A DNA stretch of 64,000 nt, from contig CAWDVE010000024.1 of NCBI GenBank assembly GCA_963805625.1, forward strand, positions 96,001 through 160,000, given 5' to 3'. Both the position numbers and the translations under genes were made by a program. The DNA is from an uncultured Candidatus Rokubacteria bacterium (GTDB taxonomy: Bacteria > Methylomirabilota > Methylomirabilia > Rokubacteriales > DASRDR01). Of this stretch, positions 33,185 to 43,988 are shown one piece after another (the first letter of the stretch is position 1; each line of letters opens with the position of its first letter). The notes below the pieces were generated by a model that saw only the letters and a list, made by a program, of their open reading frames with translations, was not told the DNA's origin and made no database searches.

Positions 33185-34291
33185 TTACGCGAGGTCCGCG
33201 ACTTCACAGAACACCTTGATCGTGCCCTTGGCCGTGGTGAGCTTGTCGAGGAGGTCACGGTAGTTCTCGAGCCCCTTCACCGGATGCGTGAGGAGCCGTC
33301 CGAGCCAGCCGGCATACTCGGCCTCGGCCTGTGCCAAGTCGCGGACGCCCAGCTCGAAGTACTCGCGGTTCGCGTTGACCGTCCCGACCATGACCTTGTT
33401 GCCCAGGACGAACTCGAGGTTGAGCTTGTCCGCCGGCACTTCGACCCGGCGATCACCGCCGGTGACGCTCGAGAGGACGAGGACGCCGTTCTTGCCGAGC
33501 GCTTGCATGCTCTCGAACACGACCGGAGAGTAGCCGGTCGCCTCGAAGATGAGGTCGAAGGGCCCGAACTTCTTCCCTCCGTCGGGGATCGGCACGTCGA
33601 CCGTCGATTCATAGCGGGCGCCGAGCGCCTCGATCAGGTCGGAGTTGAGAAAGGGCTTGCGGGCGAGACCGAAGGTGGTGACCTCGAGGCCTCGGAGTCG
33701 TAGCACGAGGGTCGCGAGGAGGCCGATCGTCCCCGCGCCCATGACGGCCGCGCGCCGCGGTCGCCATACCCGCAGTCGCCGCTGGATCTCGTAGGCCTGG
33801 GCGATCCCCTTCTCGACGACGGTCATGGGCTCGAGGAGGACGCCGACCTCCCGGAGGCCCCGCGGCACCTTCACGATGAACTCGGCATCGTCCACGTAGT
33901 ACTCCGTCAGGAACCCGTGCCGCAGATTGATCCCACGCTCGAAATACGTGTCGTCCGTCGTCATGTCGTTCGTGCCGATCAGGTCATACAGGCTGGTTCC
34001 GGGGCGACGGACCGTGGCCACGACGTAATCGCCGGGCTTCACGGCCGTCACGTTCGGCCCCACCGCCTCGACCTGGCCGAACCCTTCGTGGCCGATCACG
34101 AGGAAGTCGTACCCGGCGGGCGCGGCACCGTACTCCGCCGCGTTGATCTCCTTGTCGGTCCCATCGACGCCGACCCGGAGGACCCTGACGAGGACGCCCT
34201 GACCGCCCGGCACGTCCGTGACGGCGGGCTTGGGCAGGTCGGCCAGGTGCACGCTGTTCGGCTTCCCGGGCAGGACGGCAATGGCTCTCAT
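33185..34291 (-). CDS. Zn-dependent glucose 1-dehydrogenase (MDR family)
   Basis: GVDGTD, GHE, VRRP, GAGTIG, GTVNAN. Confidence 0.87.
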   Translation of the reverse strand: MRAIAVLPGKPNSVHLADLPKPAVTDVPGGQGVLVRVLRVGVDGTDKEINAAEYGAAPAGYDFLVIGHEGFGQVEAVGPNVTAVKPGDYVVATVRRPGTSLYDLIGTNDMTTDDTYFERGINLRHGFLTEYYVDDAEFIVKVPRGLREVGVLLEPMTVVEKGIAQAYEIQRRLRVWRPRRAAVMGAGTIGLLATLVLRLRGLEVTTFGLARKPFLNSDLIEALGARYESTVDVPIPDGGKKFGPFDLIFEATGYSPVVFESMQALGKNGVLVLSSVTGGDRRVEVPADKLNLEFVLGNKVMVGTVNANREYFELGVRDLAQAEAEYAGWLGRLLTHPVKGLENYRDLLDKLTTAKGTIKVFCEVADLA

Positions 34292-34537
34292 TCGACACCC
34301 TCCGACGTGTGGGGGAGCTGACCTGCGCCATCGGTCTGGTCGTTGATCCGACGCGCCTCTCGCAACGAGTTAGACACGTGTCGACCGTGCAGTGGTTCGC
34401 CGGCCCCGATTCGCGCGTGATGCCTGGACGTGACCGCGCCCGCCAATACTTGGTGCCCGGGCCCGACAGATGTCAGATGCGTGACGAAACGCGGCCTGGG
34501 GAGGGGCCGCGAGGCGAGGGGAGAGCCTCGAACGGCG

Positions 34538-34849
34538 CTATGATCGCCTGGGGCCTAGTCGACCGAGGAGGAGGTCGCGGAGTCGATCCTTCAGTTCCTC
34601 CGGCATCTCGACCCGGCTCACGTCACCGACGAGCCGCCGGCTCCGGTCGTATGTCTTGAGGTAGGCTCGGCAGGGCGCGCAGTCCTGGAGGTGGCGCTCG
34701 AACGCGGCCACCGTGTCCGGATCCAGCGCCTCCTCCAGGTAGTCGAGGAGGAAACCGATGACGTCCCGACACGTCAATGGCGGAGTACCGGCCCCAGATG
34801 GCGTCGGAACCTCCGGCGATGGCTCAGAACGATGCTTAGGGAAACTCAC
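34538..34849 (-). CDS. zf-HC2 anti-sigma factor
   Basis: LTCRDV..LLDYLE..FERHLQDCAPC (C...HxxxCxxC). Start uncertain. Confidence 0.85.
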   Translation of the reverse strand: MSFPKHRSEPSPEVPTPSGAGTPPLTCRDVIGFLLDYLEEALDPDTVAAFERHLQDCAPCRAYLKTYDRSRRLVGDVSRVEMPEELKDRLRDLLLGRLGPRRS

Positions 34850-34865
34850 GTGCCGGACCCTCCTG

Positions 34866-35870
34866 TCAAACCGTTGCCGCCGTGGCAAGCCCACGCGGAG
34901 GGGTGACCTCTGCCCAGGGCGCGGGCATCGTCCCGCGGCGGGCCAGGACACGCTCGGGGTGGCCGAGATCTGACCACTCGACCCCCCGCACCGGGAGGAC
35001 TGCCAGGAGCGCGGGATTCGGGGCCAGCACGCCTCGGGAGAAGTCCGCGGACGGCAGCCGGTGATAGACGGCCTCCGCCACCGCGGCCTCCACGGGCGTC
35101 CCCAGGAACTGTCGGAGCGGGAGGAATGCCTGGGATAGGTCAGGGAGCGCGCGGTCGATCAGGCCAAGCAGACTGGCCACCCGGCCAACCATGACGAAAC
35201 TGTTCCACAGGCAGCCGTCCTCGAGCAGGGTCCGCGCGAGATCCGGGGCGGGCTTCTCCCAGAAGCGCCGGACCCGATACAGAGGCGACCCCGGCGACCC
35301 GGACACCGGGTTGGCGGGCTCGATCCACCCGTACTCCGTCTCGGGCCGATCGGGTGAGACACCGAGGAGTGCGATCAGGTCCGGCCGAGCGACCGCCAGG
35401 TCGAAGGCCCTTTCAACATGCGCCATGAACGCCTCGACGTCGGACACGTAGTGGTCCGAGGGGAAGATCGCGACGGAGTCATTCGGCGCGACCGCCGCGA
35501 CCCGCAGGAGCGCGTAGAGGATCGCCGGAGCAGTCCCGCGGTTCTTGGGTTGCGCTACGAGCTGTCGGGGCGAGACATCGGCCAGCAGCGGAGCATAGAA
35601 GCGCTCGTGGGCTGTGGTGACCGAGAAGACCGTCCGGGACGCCGGGACCCCAAGGGCGACTCGCCGTCGCGTCTCACCGAGGAGAGTCTCCTCGCCAAGG
35701 AGCGGGCAGAACTGCTTGGGTCGGTCGTCACCGGCGATCCGCCGGGTCAGGTCGCGCAGCCGCGTACCGTCACCGCCCGCCAGGATGATGGCCCAGCGCT
35801 CAGGCCGGGCCGGATGAGCCCGGAGGTCCCGCGGATTGTGCTGCCCGTCTCGTGTGGTGATGTCGGCCAT
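34866..35870 (-). CDS. Mannose-1-phosphate guanylyltransferase-like nucleotidyltransferase
   Basis: IILAGGDGTRL, PKQF, QPKNRGTA, FPSDH, EYGWI, FWEKP, WSDLG. Confidence 0.9.
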   Translation of the reverse strand: MADITTRDGQHNPRDLRAHPARPERWAIILAGGDGTRLRDLTRRIAGDDRPKQFCPLLGEETLLGETRRRVALGVPASRTVFSVTTAHERFYAPLLADVSPRQLVAQPKNRGTAPAILYALLRVAAVAPNDSVAIFPSDHYVSDVEAFMAHVERAFDLAVARPDLIALLGVSPDRPETEYGWIEPANPVSGSPGSPLYRVRRFWEKPAPDLARTLLEDGCLWNSFVMVGRVASLLGLIDRALPDLSQAFLPLRQFLGTPVEAAVAEAVYHRLPSADFSRGVLAPNPALLAVLPVRGVEWSDLGHPERVLARRGTMPAPWAEVTPPRGLATAATV

Positions 35871-36023
35871 CTTCCGCGCCCTCCTCGATCCCTTTGGCCG
35901 TTGGACACAGGATCCGACCTCGCGGGTTCGCCCGGGGTGACTCGACGGGCCCTGGCACGGGCGGCTCCCGGGTCGGCCGAACCTCGGGTCCCCTTCGTGT
36001 CGAGCCGGCTTCGTCCCGTTGCC

Positions 36024-36701
36024 TCAACAGCTCGGGACCGGGCGACCGTCTGGGACGCCTCCGAACGCGAGCGACCGCGTCACCTGCTCGCGGAGCGCCA
36101 TCCGGGCCCGATGGAGCCTGGACTTCACCGAGGCCACCGAATCGTGCAGGATTTCGGCCGTCTCCTCGTTGGAAAGCTCTTCCATGTCCCGCAGCAAGAG
36201 GACGACTCGGTAGTGGTCCGGTAAGCTCGCGATCATGTGGCGGACGGCACGTCGGGTCTCATTGGACAGAAGCTCCTCCTCAGGGGTCTCGGACCAGTCG
36301 GCCAGGAGCAAGGCCCGGTCCCCCTCGCGGTGCCCGTCCTCACGGAACGTCGGCAGGTGATCTTCGAGGAGCACCTCCAGCTCGACGCGCTTCCCTCGCC
36401 GCTTGATGAGCGCGGCGTTGACCGTGATCCGGTAGATCCACGTGCCCAGAGCCGCTCGGCCCTCGAACCCCTCGATCTTTCGGAAGAGGGTCAGGAACAC
36501 GTCCTGGACGACTTCCTCGGCGTCGGCCTCGTTCCGGGTGATGCCGTACGCTAGACGATGGACCCGGGGCCCGAACTGCTCCATGAGACCCTCGAGGGCG
36601 GCTGTGTCGCCGCCGCGCAGCTGGTCGATCAGGGTCGTTTCGGTCTCGGTCCGCATGGTCGCCCCCGAATTCATCCTGGAGTGTTCGGAACCGGTCAGCA
36701 T
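36024..36701 (-). CDS. ECF sigma-70 factor
   Basis: DAEEVVQDVF, TWIYRITVN, region 4 LSNEETAEIL..SVKSRLHRAR. Confidence 0.93.
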   Translation of the reverse strand: MLTGSEHSRMNSGATMRTETETTLIDQLRGGDTAALEGLMEQFGPRVHRLAYGITRNEADAEEVVQDVFLTLFRKIEGFEGRAALGTWIYRITVNAALIKRRGKRVELEVLLEDHLPTFREDGHREGDRALLLADWSETPEEELLSNETRRAVRHMIASLPDHYRVVLLLRDMEELSNEETAEILHDSVASVKSRLHRARMALREQVTRSLAFGGVPDGRPVPSC

Positions 36702-36964
36702 GGTAATAGCGCCTTGAGTTGCTCGGAGACGAACGCTGGACAATTCACAACCGTCACGCCGTCATCGACCAGGTCTTTTAGGAGCCTCACTCCGTCTCGC
36801 TCGAGGAACGCGACCTCGGCGAGATCGAGTGTCAGCGTGGCGCCAGTCGCCAAAATCCGCTCACACGACCGCCTGAGCTCGCTCACCCACGGGCCGATGA
36901 CCCGGCCCTCGAGGCTCAGTGTTGCGCCGTCCCCGGATTTCTCGAGCGCCACGATCCTAAGCAT
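36695..36964 (-). CDS. STAS-like domain protein
   Basis: TLSLEGRVIGPWVSEL..LDLAEVAFLERDGVRLL. Confidence 0.8.
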   Translation of the reverse strand: MLRIVALEKSGDGATLSLEGRVIGPWVSELRRSCERILATGATLTLDLAEVAFLERDGVRLLKDLVDDGVTVVNCPAFVSEQLKALLPC

Positions 36965-36990
36965 TCGGTGCCCCCCGCCCGCCAGCATGG

Positions 36991-37006
36991 GCAAGAGACG
37001 TGCCCA
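36991..37006 (-). promoter_or_regulatory. Sigma54 promoter upstream of the STAS-ECF operon
   Basis: Minus strand TGGGCACGTCTCTTGC (GG-N10-GC), directly downstream of a sigma54 activator gene. Confidence 0.75.
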
Positions 37007-37149
37007 GAGGTGTGGAAGAGACGTATTGCGCGTCAAACGTCGAGAATGGCTGGAGGTTTCCGGATCGGGCCGAGCGCCGGGAGAAAGAACTACGTCCTAC
37101 GGTATTTCGTGATGCCTGGAGACCTCGTAGTCACGAGGCGGCTACGGCT

Positions 37150-37163
37150 TACGACATGTCGTG
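37150..37163. promoter_or_regulatory. Palindrome, candidate enhancer (UAS) for the adjacent activator
   Basis: ACGACATGTCGT at 37151-37162, about 145 nt upstream of the -24/-12 site; further TCGTGA/TCACGA half-sites nearby. Confidence 0.45.
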
Positions 37164-37197
37164 ACATGTGGGGCCGGCGCGGCCGGCCCTTCCAAGA

Positions 37198-39903
37198 CTA
37201 CGAGGCTTCGTGACGGGCTCGCGGGACCGCAATCCCAAGCTTTTCCATGCGGCTCCGGAGCGTATTGGGATGGAGGGCGAGAATCCTGGCGGCACCCCGG
37301 GAACCGTGGATCACGCCTCCGGTTCGCTCCAGGGCGGCGAGGATATGCCGGCGCTCCGCCTCCTCCAGCGTGACGAGGTCTACCGGCGTTGAATCGCTCG
37401 CGGCCTGTGCTTCCCGTGAATCACGGACCGCCGGCCCCGGGCTCTCCGGTGAGACTTCGGGTTCACGGGCCGGCCCGTCCGCCCGTTTGCCAGGGGCGAG
37501 ATCCCGGCCCAGCTCCAGGATCGGCCCCTCGCAGAGCACGACCGCCCGCTCGATGATGTTCTGGAGCTCCCGGATGTTCCCCGGCCACGCGTAGGTTGCC
37601 AGGCGCTCCATGGTCTCCGGCGATACGGAGGCGATCCGCTTGCCGAACCTCTTAGCGAAGCGCGACAGGAAGAAGGTCACCAGCTGCGGGATGTCCGATC
37701 GCCGGTCACGCAGCGGCGAGACTTCGATCGGGAAAACGTTCAGCCGGTAGAAGAGGTCGCTTCGGAACCGGCCCGCACGGAGGGCTTCCTGGAGGTCCCG
37801 GTTCGTCGCGGCGATGACCCGCACGTCGACGCGGACGGTCCGGCTCGACCCCACCGGCTCGAACTCCTGCTCCTGAAGGACGCGGAGCAGCTTGACCTGC
37901 GTCTCGAGCGGGAGCTCGCCGATCTCATCGAGGAAGATTGTCCCGCCGTCGGCCAGCTCGAAGCGGCCCACGCGGCGCTCGAGGGCGCCAGTGAAGGCGC
38001 CCTTCACGTGCCCGAAGAGCTCGCTTTCAACCAAGCCCGCTGAGATGGCGCTACAGTTCACCTTCACCAGCGGCCGGTCGCGGCGGCCGCTACGGTTGTG
38101 GATCGCGCGGGCGATCAGCTCCTTGCCGGTCCCAGTCTCCCCGAGGACGAGCACGCTGGTATCGGTCGGCGCAACCTGCTCGACCTGCCGAAGGGTCGCG
38201 AGAAGCGCCGGACTCGACCCCACGAGCTCTTCGAAGGGATGCTCTCGACGAATCTCTTCCTGCAGATAGACGTTCTCGCGCGCCAACCGGTCGCGGAGGC
38301 TCTGGACCTCCTCGTAGGCTAAGCAGTGGTCCAGGGCGACCGCCACCGCGCCCGCCACCTGGTCGAGCAGGCTGCGACGTAGCTCGGTGTACGCTGCCTT
38401 CCTGGCCGCCATGAAGAACAGCACGCCGAGGCAGCGCTGGCCGCTTAGCAGCGGGATCGCGCAGAGGGACTCCATTTCCTCCCGTCGCATGACATCGAAG
38501 GTGACCGGAAAACGCGCCCGCAGCTCGTCCCGGGAGGATGCGACGAGCCACTGCTGGGTTTCCTCGGTCCAGCGACAGGCAGTGCCCGCTGCTGGCAGTT
38601 CCTCCACCTGCGCCGAAGCCCCGGCGGACCCGGGTGCGAACACGTGAGCCCTGAGCTTGCCCCCGTCGACAGGGAGCTCGATCCCGAAGCGGTCGGACGG
38701 CAGGATGTCGCGCAAGCACTGCGCCAAAGTGGCGAACAGCTCGTCCCGGTGCAGATGGAGGGCCACGGCCCGGTTGACCTCGAGGAGCGCCGCCAGCTCG
38801 TCCCGGAATTTGCCCAGCTCCTCGTAGGCCACGCAGTGGTCCACCGCCACCGCGACGGCGGCGGCGATCTGCTCGAGCAGGGCCGGGGGGACCGAACCCC
38901 AGGCGCCGGCCGGCTTCGCCATCAGGGCGAGCGTGCCCACGCAGCGCCCTTCGGCCAGGAGGGGCACGACGGCGATCGAGTCCATCCTCTCCTGCAGGAT
39001 CCGCTCGTAGCTAACTGGGAAGCTCTCCCGAACCTCTTCCGCGTGCGCAACGACAAACGGTCGGCCGTGCTCCACGACCCACCCCGCGATTGTCCCGGCC
39101 CGCGGAAGGGTCTCGCCCTCGAAGAACTGGATACCTGTCTTTCCGTAAGCCGCGTATACGGTCAACGTCGACGGGTCGCCGCCTGGCAGGAGCAGGACCA
39201 CGCGCTCCACTGGGACTACCCCGTGGAGCGCCTCCGCAACGGCCGTGAACAGCGTCCGGCGGTCGAGATGACCCGCGACGGCGTGCTGAATCTCCACGAG
39301 CGCGGCCAGCTGATCGCGGGCGAGCCTCAGGTCCCGCGCGGTCCGCTCCAGCCGGAACTCGAGATCGAGGCTGGCCTGTTCCAGCGCGGCCTCGGCGCGC
39401 AGCCGTTCGAGCTCGACGCGCGCGCGGTCGGCGAAGAGTTGGAACATGTCTTGGAACGTGCGGTCGCCGGTCATCGGCTTGGTGTCGATAACGGCCAGGT
39501 GCCCAAGCGTGTTCCCGCTGACGGACCGCAGCGGCACCCCGAGGTAGCTGCGCGCGGACATCTCGACAAGCGGGGTGTCCCGCGGGAACCGCTCCTGCAC
39601 GCCGTCCAGATGGAGGCAGAGAGCCCCTCGCAGCACCTCCTCGCATGGTGTGCCCTCGAGGTCGAACTCGACGTTGTCGAGCCACTCCCCGCGCCCCCAG
39701 AAGGCGATCGTCCGCACTCGCGTCGGCGAGCCGGCGAACTCCGCCACGAAACCGTAGGCCACGTCCAGCGCCAGGGCCAGATGCTTGACGAGATGGCGGA
39801 AGAACTCTTCTCCCGCCTTGTCGGCGGTCGCCTCCACGATCGAGCGGAAAGCGAGATCCTCCCGAATGGCCAGATCGTGCGAGCGAGGGGGCTCAGCGGG
39901 CAT
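37198..39903 (-). CDS. Sigma54-dependent activator with three GAF domains (FhlA-like)
   Basis: Three GAF repeats, GETGTGKE, GAFTGA, IFLDEIG, WPGNIREL, C-terminal HTH. Confidence 0.93.
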   Translation of the reverse strand: MPAEPPRSHDLAIREDLAFRSIVEATADKAGEEFFRHLVKHLALALDVAYGFVAEFAGSPTRVRTIAFWGRGEWLDNVEFDLEGTPCEEVLRGALCLHLDGVQERFPRDTPLVEMSARSYLGVPLRSVSGNTLGHLAVIDTKPMTGDRTFQDMFQLFADRARVELERLRAEAALEQASLDLEFRLERTARDLRLARDQLAALVEIQHAVAGHLDRRTLFTAVAEALHGVVPVERVVLLLPGGDPSTLTVYAAYGKTGIQFFEGETLPRAGTIAGWVVEHGRPFVVAHAEEVRESFPVSYERILQERMDSIAVVPLLAEGRCVGTLALMAKPAGAWGSVPPALLEQIAAAVAVAVDHCVAYEELGKFRDELAALLEVNRAVALHLHRDELFATLAQCLRDILPSDRFGIELPVDGGKLRAHVFAPGSAGASAQVEELPAAGTACRWTEETQQWLVASSRDELRARFPVTFDVMRREEMESLCAIPLLSGQRCLGVLFFMAARKAAYTELRRSLLDQVAGAVAVALDHCLAYEEVQSLRDRLARENVYLQEEIRREHPFEELVGSSPALLATLRQVEQVAPTDTSVLVLGETGTGKELIARAIHNRSGRRDRPLVKVNCSAISAGLVESELFGHVKGAFTGALERRVGRFELADGGTIFLDEIGELPLETQVKLLRVLQEQEFEPVGSSRTVRVDVRVIAATNRDLQEALRAGRFRSDLFYRLNVFPIEVSPLRDRRSDIPQLVTFFLSRFAKRFGKRIASVSPETMERLATYAWPGNIRELQNIIERAVVLCEGPILELGRDLAPGKRADGPAREPEVSPESPGPAVRDSREAQAASDSTPVDLVTLEEAERRHILAALERTGGVIHGSRGAARILALHPNTLRSRMEKLGIAVPRARHEAS

Positions 39904-39984
39904 AATGCCTAGATCATAGCGTACCGGAGAACCATCCGGCGGGTGGGTGGGGGTGGAAGCCTCCCGACTGCGGGGGGGCCGGCC

Positions 39985-40400
39985 CTACCGAAGGAGGTCG
40001 AGCGCGGCCAGCGACATGATCTGCACACCCATGGGCAGGGCGTCCTCGTCGATATCGAAGCCGGGGCGATGCCAGATCTCGGTGATGCCCTTCTCCGGGT
40101 TCGCGGTACCGAGTAGCATGAGGCAACCCGGCGCCGCGGCCATGAAGAGGCCAAGGTCGTCCGCGAATCGATGGCGCCAGTTCGTCAGGATGTTTGCCTG
40201 GCCAATGACCCGCTGCGCCGCCCGCTCGAGGGCGTCGGTGACGTCATCGTCATTGGCGGAGGCCAGGAGCGCGTAGTCGACCTCCTGGCTGAGCGTGCCG
40301 CCGGCCGCGGTGACGATGGCTCCGGCGACTTCCTCGATCCGGTTGAGCAGGCGGGCGCGCAGGGTGTTCTCATACAGCGCCAGGTTGAACTCGACGGCGG
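39985..40400 (-). pseudogene. M20 amidohydrolase C-terminal fragment
   Basis: ADDLGLFM..PGCLMLLG..WHRPGFDIDEDALPMG; N-terminal part absent. Confidence 0.7.
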
Positions 40401-40588
40401 CGCGACTGGGCTCGCCCCGGCCCAAGAGAACCCTCGATGGCCGCCTGACGAGGCTCACCGCGGCCGCATTGCTCGGCCTCGAGGGACCGCACCCGGAAGG
40501 TCACGGGTTCGGGTGATTGCCCCTCGCGCTCCACGAGGGCGTAGGTCATGTCCGTTCCGCTGTCCCCGTCCGCGGTCCCGCGACCGGC

Positions 40589-42223
40589 TCAGGGGCGGAT
40601 GCCGACAACGCTCAGCCGGATCCGGTAGAGCCCGGTTTGGGCCGCCAGATAAAGCGTGCGGCCGTCGTCGTCGCCCCAGGCCAGGTTGTGCGGGTGCTCG
40701 GGCCCCTTGAGCGTGCCGAGGTGCTTCCCTTCGGGCGAAAGGATCCAGAGGCCACCGGGCCCCGAGACGTAGAGGTTGCCGCGCTCGTCGACCTTGATCC
40801 CGTCCAGGGCGTCCTCGCCCGGCGAGCTGGTCATGTCGAAGAAGACCTGCCCGTTGACCAGGCTGCCATCGGGCCGAGCCTCGTACCGCATGACGATCTT
40901 CTTCTGGGGATCCCAGTTGCCCACGTAGAGATACCGCTCGTCGGGCGAGAACGCGAGGCCGTTGGGCCCGGCCAGGTCGGTGCCGACCAGCTTCAGCTCG
41001 CCGTTGATGAGGCAGAAGACCCCACTGAACGGCAGCTCCTTGCGCGGGTCGTCGGCGAACTTCGGCAGCCCGAACGGCGGGTCGGTGAAGTAGAGCGCGC
41101 CATCGGAGCGGTACACGAGATCGTTCGGGCTGTTCAAGCGCTTCCCCTGGTATCGATCCGCGAGGATCGTCAGGGCGCCAGTCTTTTCGAGGCGCACCAC
41201 GCGGCGATTCCCGTGCTCGTTGATCGTGAGCCGGCCCTCGCGGTCGAGGGTGAGCCCGTTCGAGCCCGGCTGGCCGTAGTCGCCGACGTCCACGCCGGCG
41301 TAGCCGCTCTTTGTCCGGAATACCGAGACCTGGCCGTCCGAGGACCAACGATAGATCGTGTTGGCGTTGGGATCGCTGAAGAGGAGATACCCCTCGGTGG
41401 TCGCGGTCCGGGGGATCCAGACGGGCCCCTCGGTGAAGAGGAAGTCGTCCGCCAGTTTCTCGATCTTTGCCGACCGCGGCACGATGGCATCGAGGGCCGC
41501 GGCCTGCCGGATGATCTCAGTGCGGACCTCCTGGGTGCGACCCGCTTGGCCGGGCTTGTAGAAATCGAGCGTGGCCGAGCGTACCCAGATGAAGTTCCCC
41601 GGCGGGTTCGACACGGGGCCGTTCATGCCGAACACAGCGAGCTGGAACTGCTGGCCCGGCCGTGCGTCGCGGCTGAGGACGACGCGATTGGGGGCGTTGA
41701 AGCCCTTCACCAGCGGGCCCCCGGTCTGCCCGAGCACGATTGGCAGGTTCCCGTCCACCCACACCTCGGCGTAGTCGTCGATGACGATCTCGAAGACGAC
41801 GGTCGAGCCGGTGGGGTCGAACGAGCCCACCCGGTCGGGGATCGTCACTTTGGTCCGGTACCAGTTGAAGCTCAGCCGCCCGTTACCCTTGCGCGCCTCC
41901 AGCTGTGAGGCAGGCAGGGGCGCCCACGCCGAGTCGTCGAAGTCAGCCGCCCCGGCGTGGGGGGTGATGTCGTAGGTCCGGTTCGCGAAGCCGGAGGGTC
42001 TGAGGTCCGGGCCGGGGGCTCGGTGCTCGACCTCGACAATCTTGACGTCGCTGTAGCGCCACTGCCCCTGGACGAGCCGGACACCCTCGTCAGTTGCGAG
42101 GTTGATGATCGCCGCGGGCCGCCCGGCCGGCGCATCCGCCGTGGTCTGCGCCGCTGCCCCGAACGGTGCGACGGCCAGGATGGCCATCATCATGACCGGA
42201 CCGAGTCGGACTCGCGCTCCCAT
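40589..42223 (-). CDS. Secreted SMP-30/gluconolactonase with an N-terminal sugar-binding-like domain
   Basis: Signal peptide; FTEGPVW, GSNGL, LNSPND, PNGLAFSPD, DGIKVD..GNLY. Confidence 0.9.
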   Translation of the reverse strand: MGARVRLGPVMMMAILAVAPFGAAAQTTADAPAGRPAAIINLATDEGVRLVQGQWRYSDVKIVEVEHRAPGPDLRPSGFANRTYDITPHAGAADFDDSAWAPLPASQLEARKGNGRLSFNWYRTKVTIPDRVGSFDPTGSTVVFEIVIDDYAEVWVDGNLPIVLGQTGGPLVKGFNAPNRVVLSRDARPGQQFQLAVFGMNGPVSNPPGNFIWVRSATLDFYKPGQAGRTQEVRTEIIRQAAALDAIVPRSAKIEKLADDFLFTEGPVWIPRTATTEGYLLFSDPNANTIYRWSSDGQVSVFRTKSGYAGVDVGDYGQPGSNGLTLDREGRLTINEHGNRRVVRLEKTGALTILADRYQGKRLNSPNDLVYRSDGALYFTDPPFGLPKFADDPRKELPFSGVFCLINGELKLVGTDLAGPNGLAFSPDERYLYVGNWDPQKKIVMRYEARPDGSLVNGQVFFDMTSSPGEDALDGIKVDERGNLYVSGPGGLWILSPEGKHLGTLKGPEHPHNLAWGDDDGRTLYLAAQTGLYRIRLSVVGIRP

Positions 42224-42258
42224 GGGATATCTCCTCTCGCGGCGCGCGTGTGCGCTCG

Positions 42259-43131
42259 TCAGCGGACCTTGACTACGTAGTAGTTCAGAGATCCTTGGAC
42301 GTTCGTGAACATATGCGGCACGCCGGCGGGGACTACGATCACGTCGCCCTTCACGATCCGCCGACTCTCCCCGCCGACGATGGCCGAGCCGCGGAGCTCG
42401 TTCGGCTCGATCGGCTTCGCGTCGGGGACGTTGCCGCCCGTGACGAACGTGGCTGAGCCCTCCAGCATGTAGATCAGATCGGTGTCCAGCGTGTGAATCT
42501 CGGCGATCCCGTCCATTTCGCGGTGGCTGGCATGGACCATGTAGTTGCCCATGTTGACCAGGACCGTGCCTTTCTCGAAGCCGGCGGTCACCATCTGCTG
42601 GTCAATGAAGGTGACCTTGCGGGAGGTCTCGGTCCCAGCCATCCCCAGCTTGAGCGTCTTCGCTGCCGCAGCGCCTGCGAGCGCGAGCTCCTCATCCTGC
42701 TGGGCCGTCGCCGCTCCACTCACCCCGATGCCGCCGACGACCTCTTCGCCGACGATGATCGGGATCCCACCCTGCAGCGGTGTGAAGTCCGACAGGGCCA
42801 CCATCGCTGTCCGGCCGTTCTTGATGATGTCCTCGAACGCCTTGGTGGGCCGCTTGAAGAGCGCCGCCGTACGCGCCTTGCCGATTGAGATGTTGGCGCC
42901 GGCGGCGAACGTGCCGTCCAGCCGCTCCAGCGCCATCAGGTTCCCGCCGTCGTCGACGACGGCGATGACCCCGCCTGGGGCCTTGACCCGTCGCGCCTCG
43001 CCGATGGTCGTCGCGATGATTTGCCGGGCACCCTCGAGGGTCAGCGCCTTCTTCTCCACCACCTGGGCTTGGCCTGGCCCGGCCCCCGCCACCATCACGG
43101 CTGCGGCCACGATGCTCGTGAGCCATTTCAT
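42259..43131 (-). CDS. Secreted GlcG/HbpS heme-binding protein fused to a cupin domain
   Basis: IAVVDDGGNL, GKARTAA, GGIPI..GGIGVSG; C-terminal AEIH..D..GDVIVVPAGVPH. Confidence 0.88.
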   Translation of the reverse strand: MKWLTSIVAAAVMVAGAGPGQAQVVEKKALTLEGARQIIATTIGEARRVKAPGGVIAVVDDGGNLMALERLDGTFAAGANISIGKARTAALFKRPTKAFEDIIKNGRTAMVALSDFTPLQGGIPIIVGEEVVGGIGVSGAATAQQDEELALAGAAAAKTLKLGMAGTETSRKVTFIDQQMVTAGFEKGTVLVNMGNYMVHASHREMDGIAEIHTLDTDLIYMLEGSATFVTGGNVPDAKPIEPNELRGSAIVGGESRRIVKGDVIVVPAGVPHMFTNVQGSLNYYVVKVR

Positions 43132-43247
43132 GACGAATTTCCTCCTGGAGTCCGTCAGTGTAGTCCACCTCCGGTCGCCGGCCGGCCGCGTCTCGGGCCC
43201 GGAGGACCCGGAAGGCGACCGACCGGCGCCGGCGACATGTGCGGCCG

Positions 43248-43646
43248 TTACTTCATTGCGATTGGCTGAGTGAACGACGCCTCGCCGAGCACGACCTCGG
43301 CCCACGCGCACCACATCTGGACCTTGGCGACGTCCGCGATGTGGGCCGGGAGCGTGATCGACCGGTTGACCTTGTCCTCCTTGAGCGTCAGCCGGTCCAG
43401 CAGGTACACGGTCCCCTTGCTGTCGACGACCTGCCAGTGAGGGTCGGGCGAGCCCGGCACCTTGAAGTCTGCGGAGACGGACAGCACGTGCTTCCCACCC
43501 TGGATCTCGTGTGTGACCGTGCCACCGTTCACGGCCTTACCGGCAAACGGCGTCGTCACGTCGGCCGCGAAGCCGGGAGTGGCGATCAGGCCGAAGACGA
43601 CGAGCGCCGCCAGGAGCACCACGCGGAACGGATGAAGACCAGTCAT
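43248..43646 (-). CDS. Small secreted DM13-like protein
   Basis: GGAGG RBS, signal peptide, PGSPDPHW, VQMWCAWAEVVLGEA. Confidence 0.7.
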   Translation of the reverse strand: MTGLHPFRVVLLAALVVFGLIATPGFAADVTTPFAGKAVNGGTVTHEIQGGKHVLSVSADFKVPGSPDPHWQVVDSKGTVYLLDRLTLKEDKVNRSITLPAHIADVAKVQMWCAWAEVVLGEASFTQPIAMK

Positions 43647-43988
43647 GGGACCTCCTCCTTGTGTAAGGTTTTTGAGCCGCGCCTCGGGACGGAGGGGATC
43701 TTCTCGTCCCCACTGCGTGCTGGTGTTCCCTGGCGCGACTGCTGCCGGTTGGACACCGCGCCCGGTCGGTGAGGTTCGACCGCTCCGAGATCTCCCGGGT
43801 CGGGGCGCTGGCGCTCCTGCCGGTGCCGGGCCCTCTGGACGGAGCCCCGCGCCCGAACCCGCGGGAGAGGTCCGTGTGTCTGACTGCTGAAGCCGCGACG
43901 AGACGGCTTCGCGCGTTTCGACCGGCTCGCTCAGCCGAGCCGATGGAGTCTCGAGATCGAGCCCGCGCACCTCTAGGAGGGAGGCGTC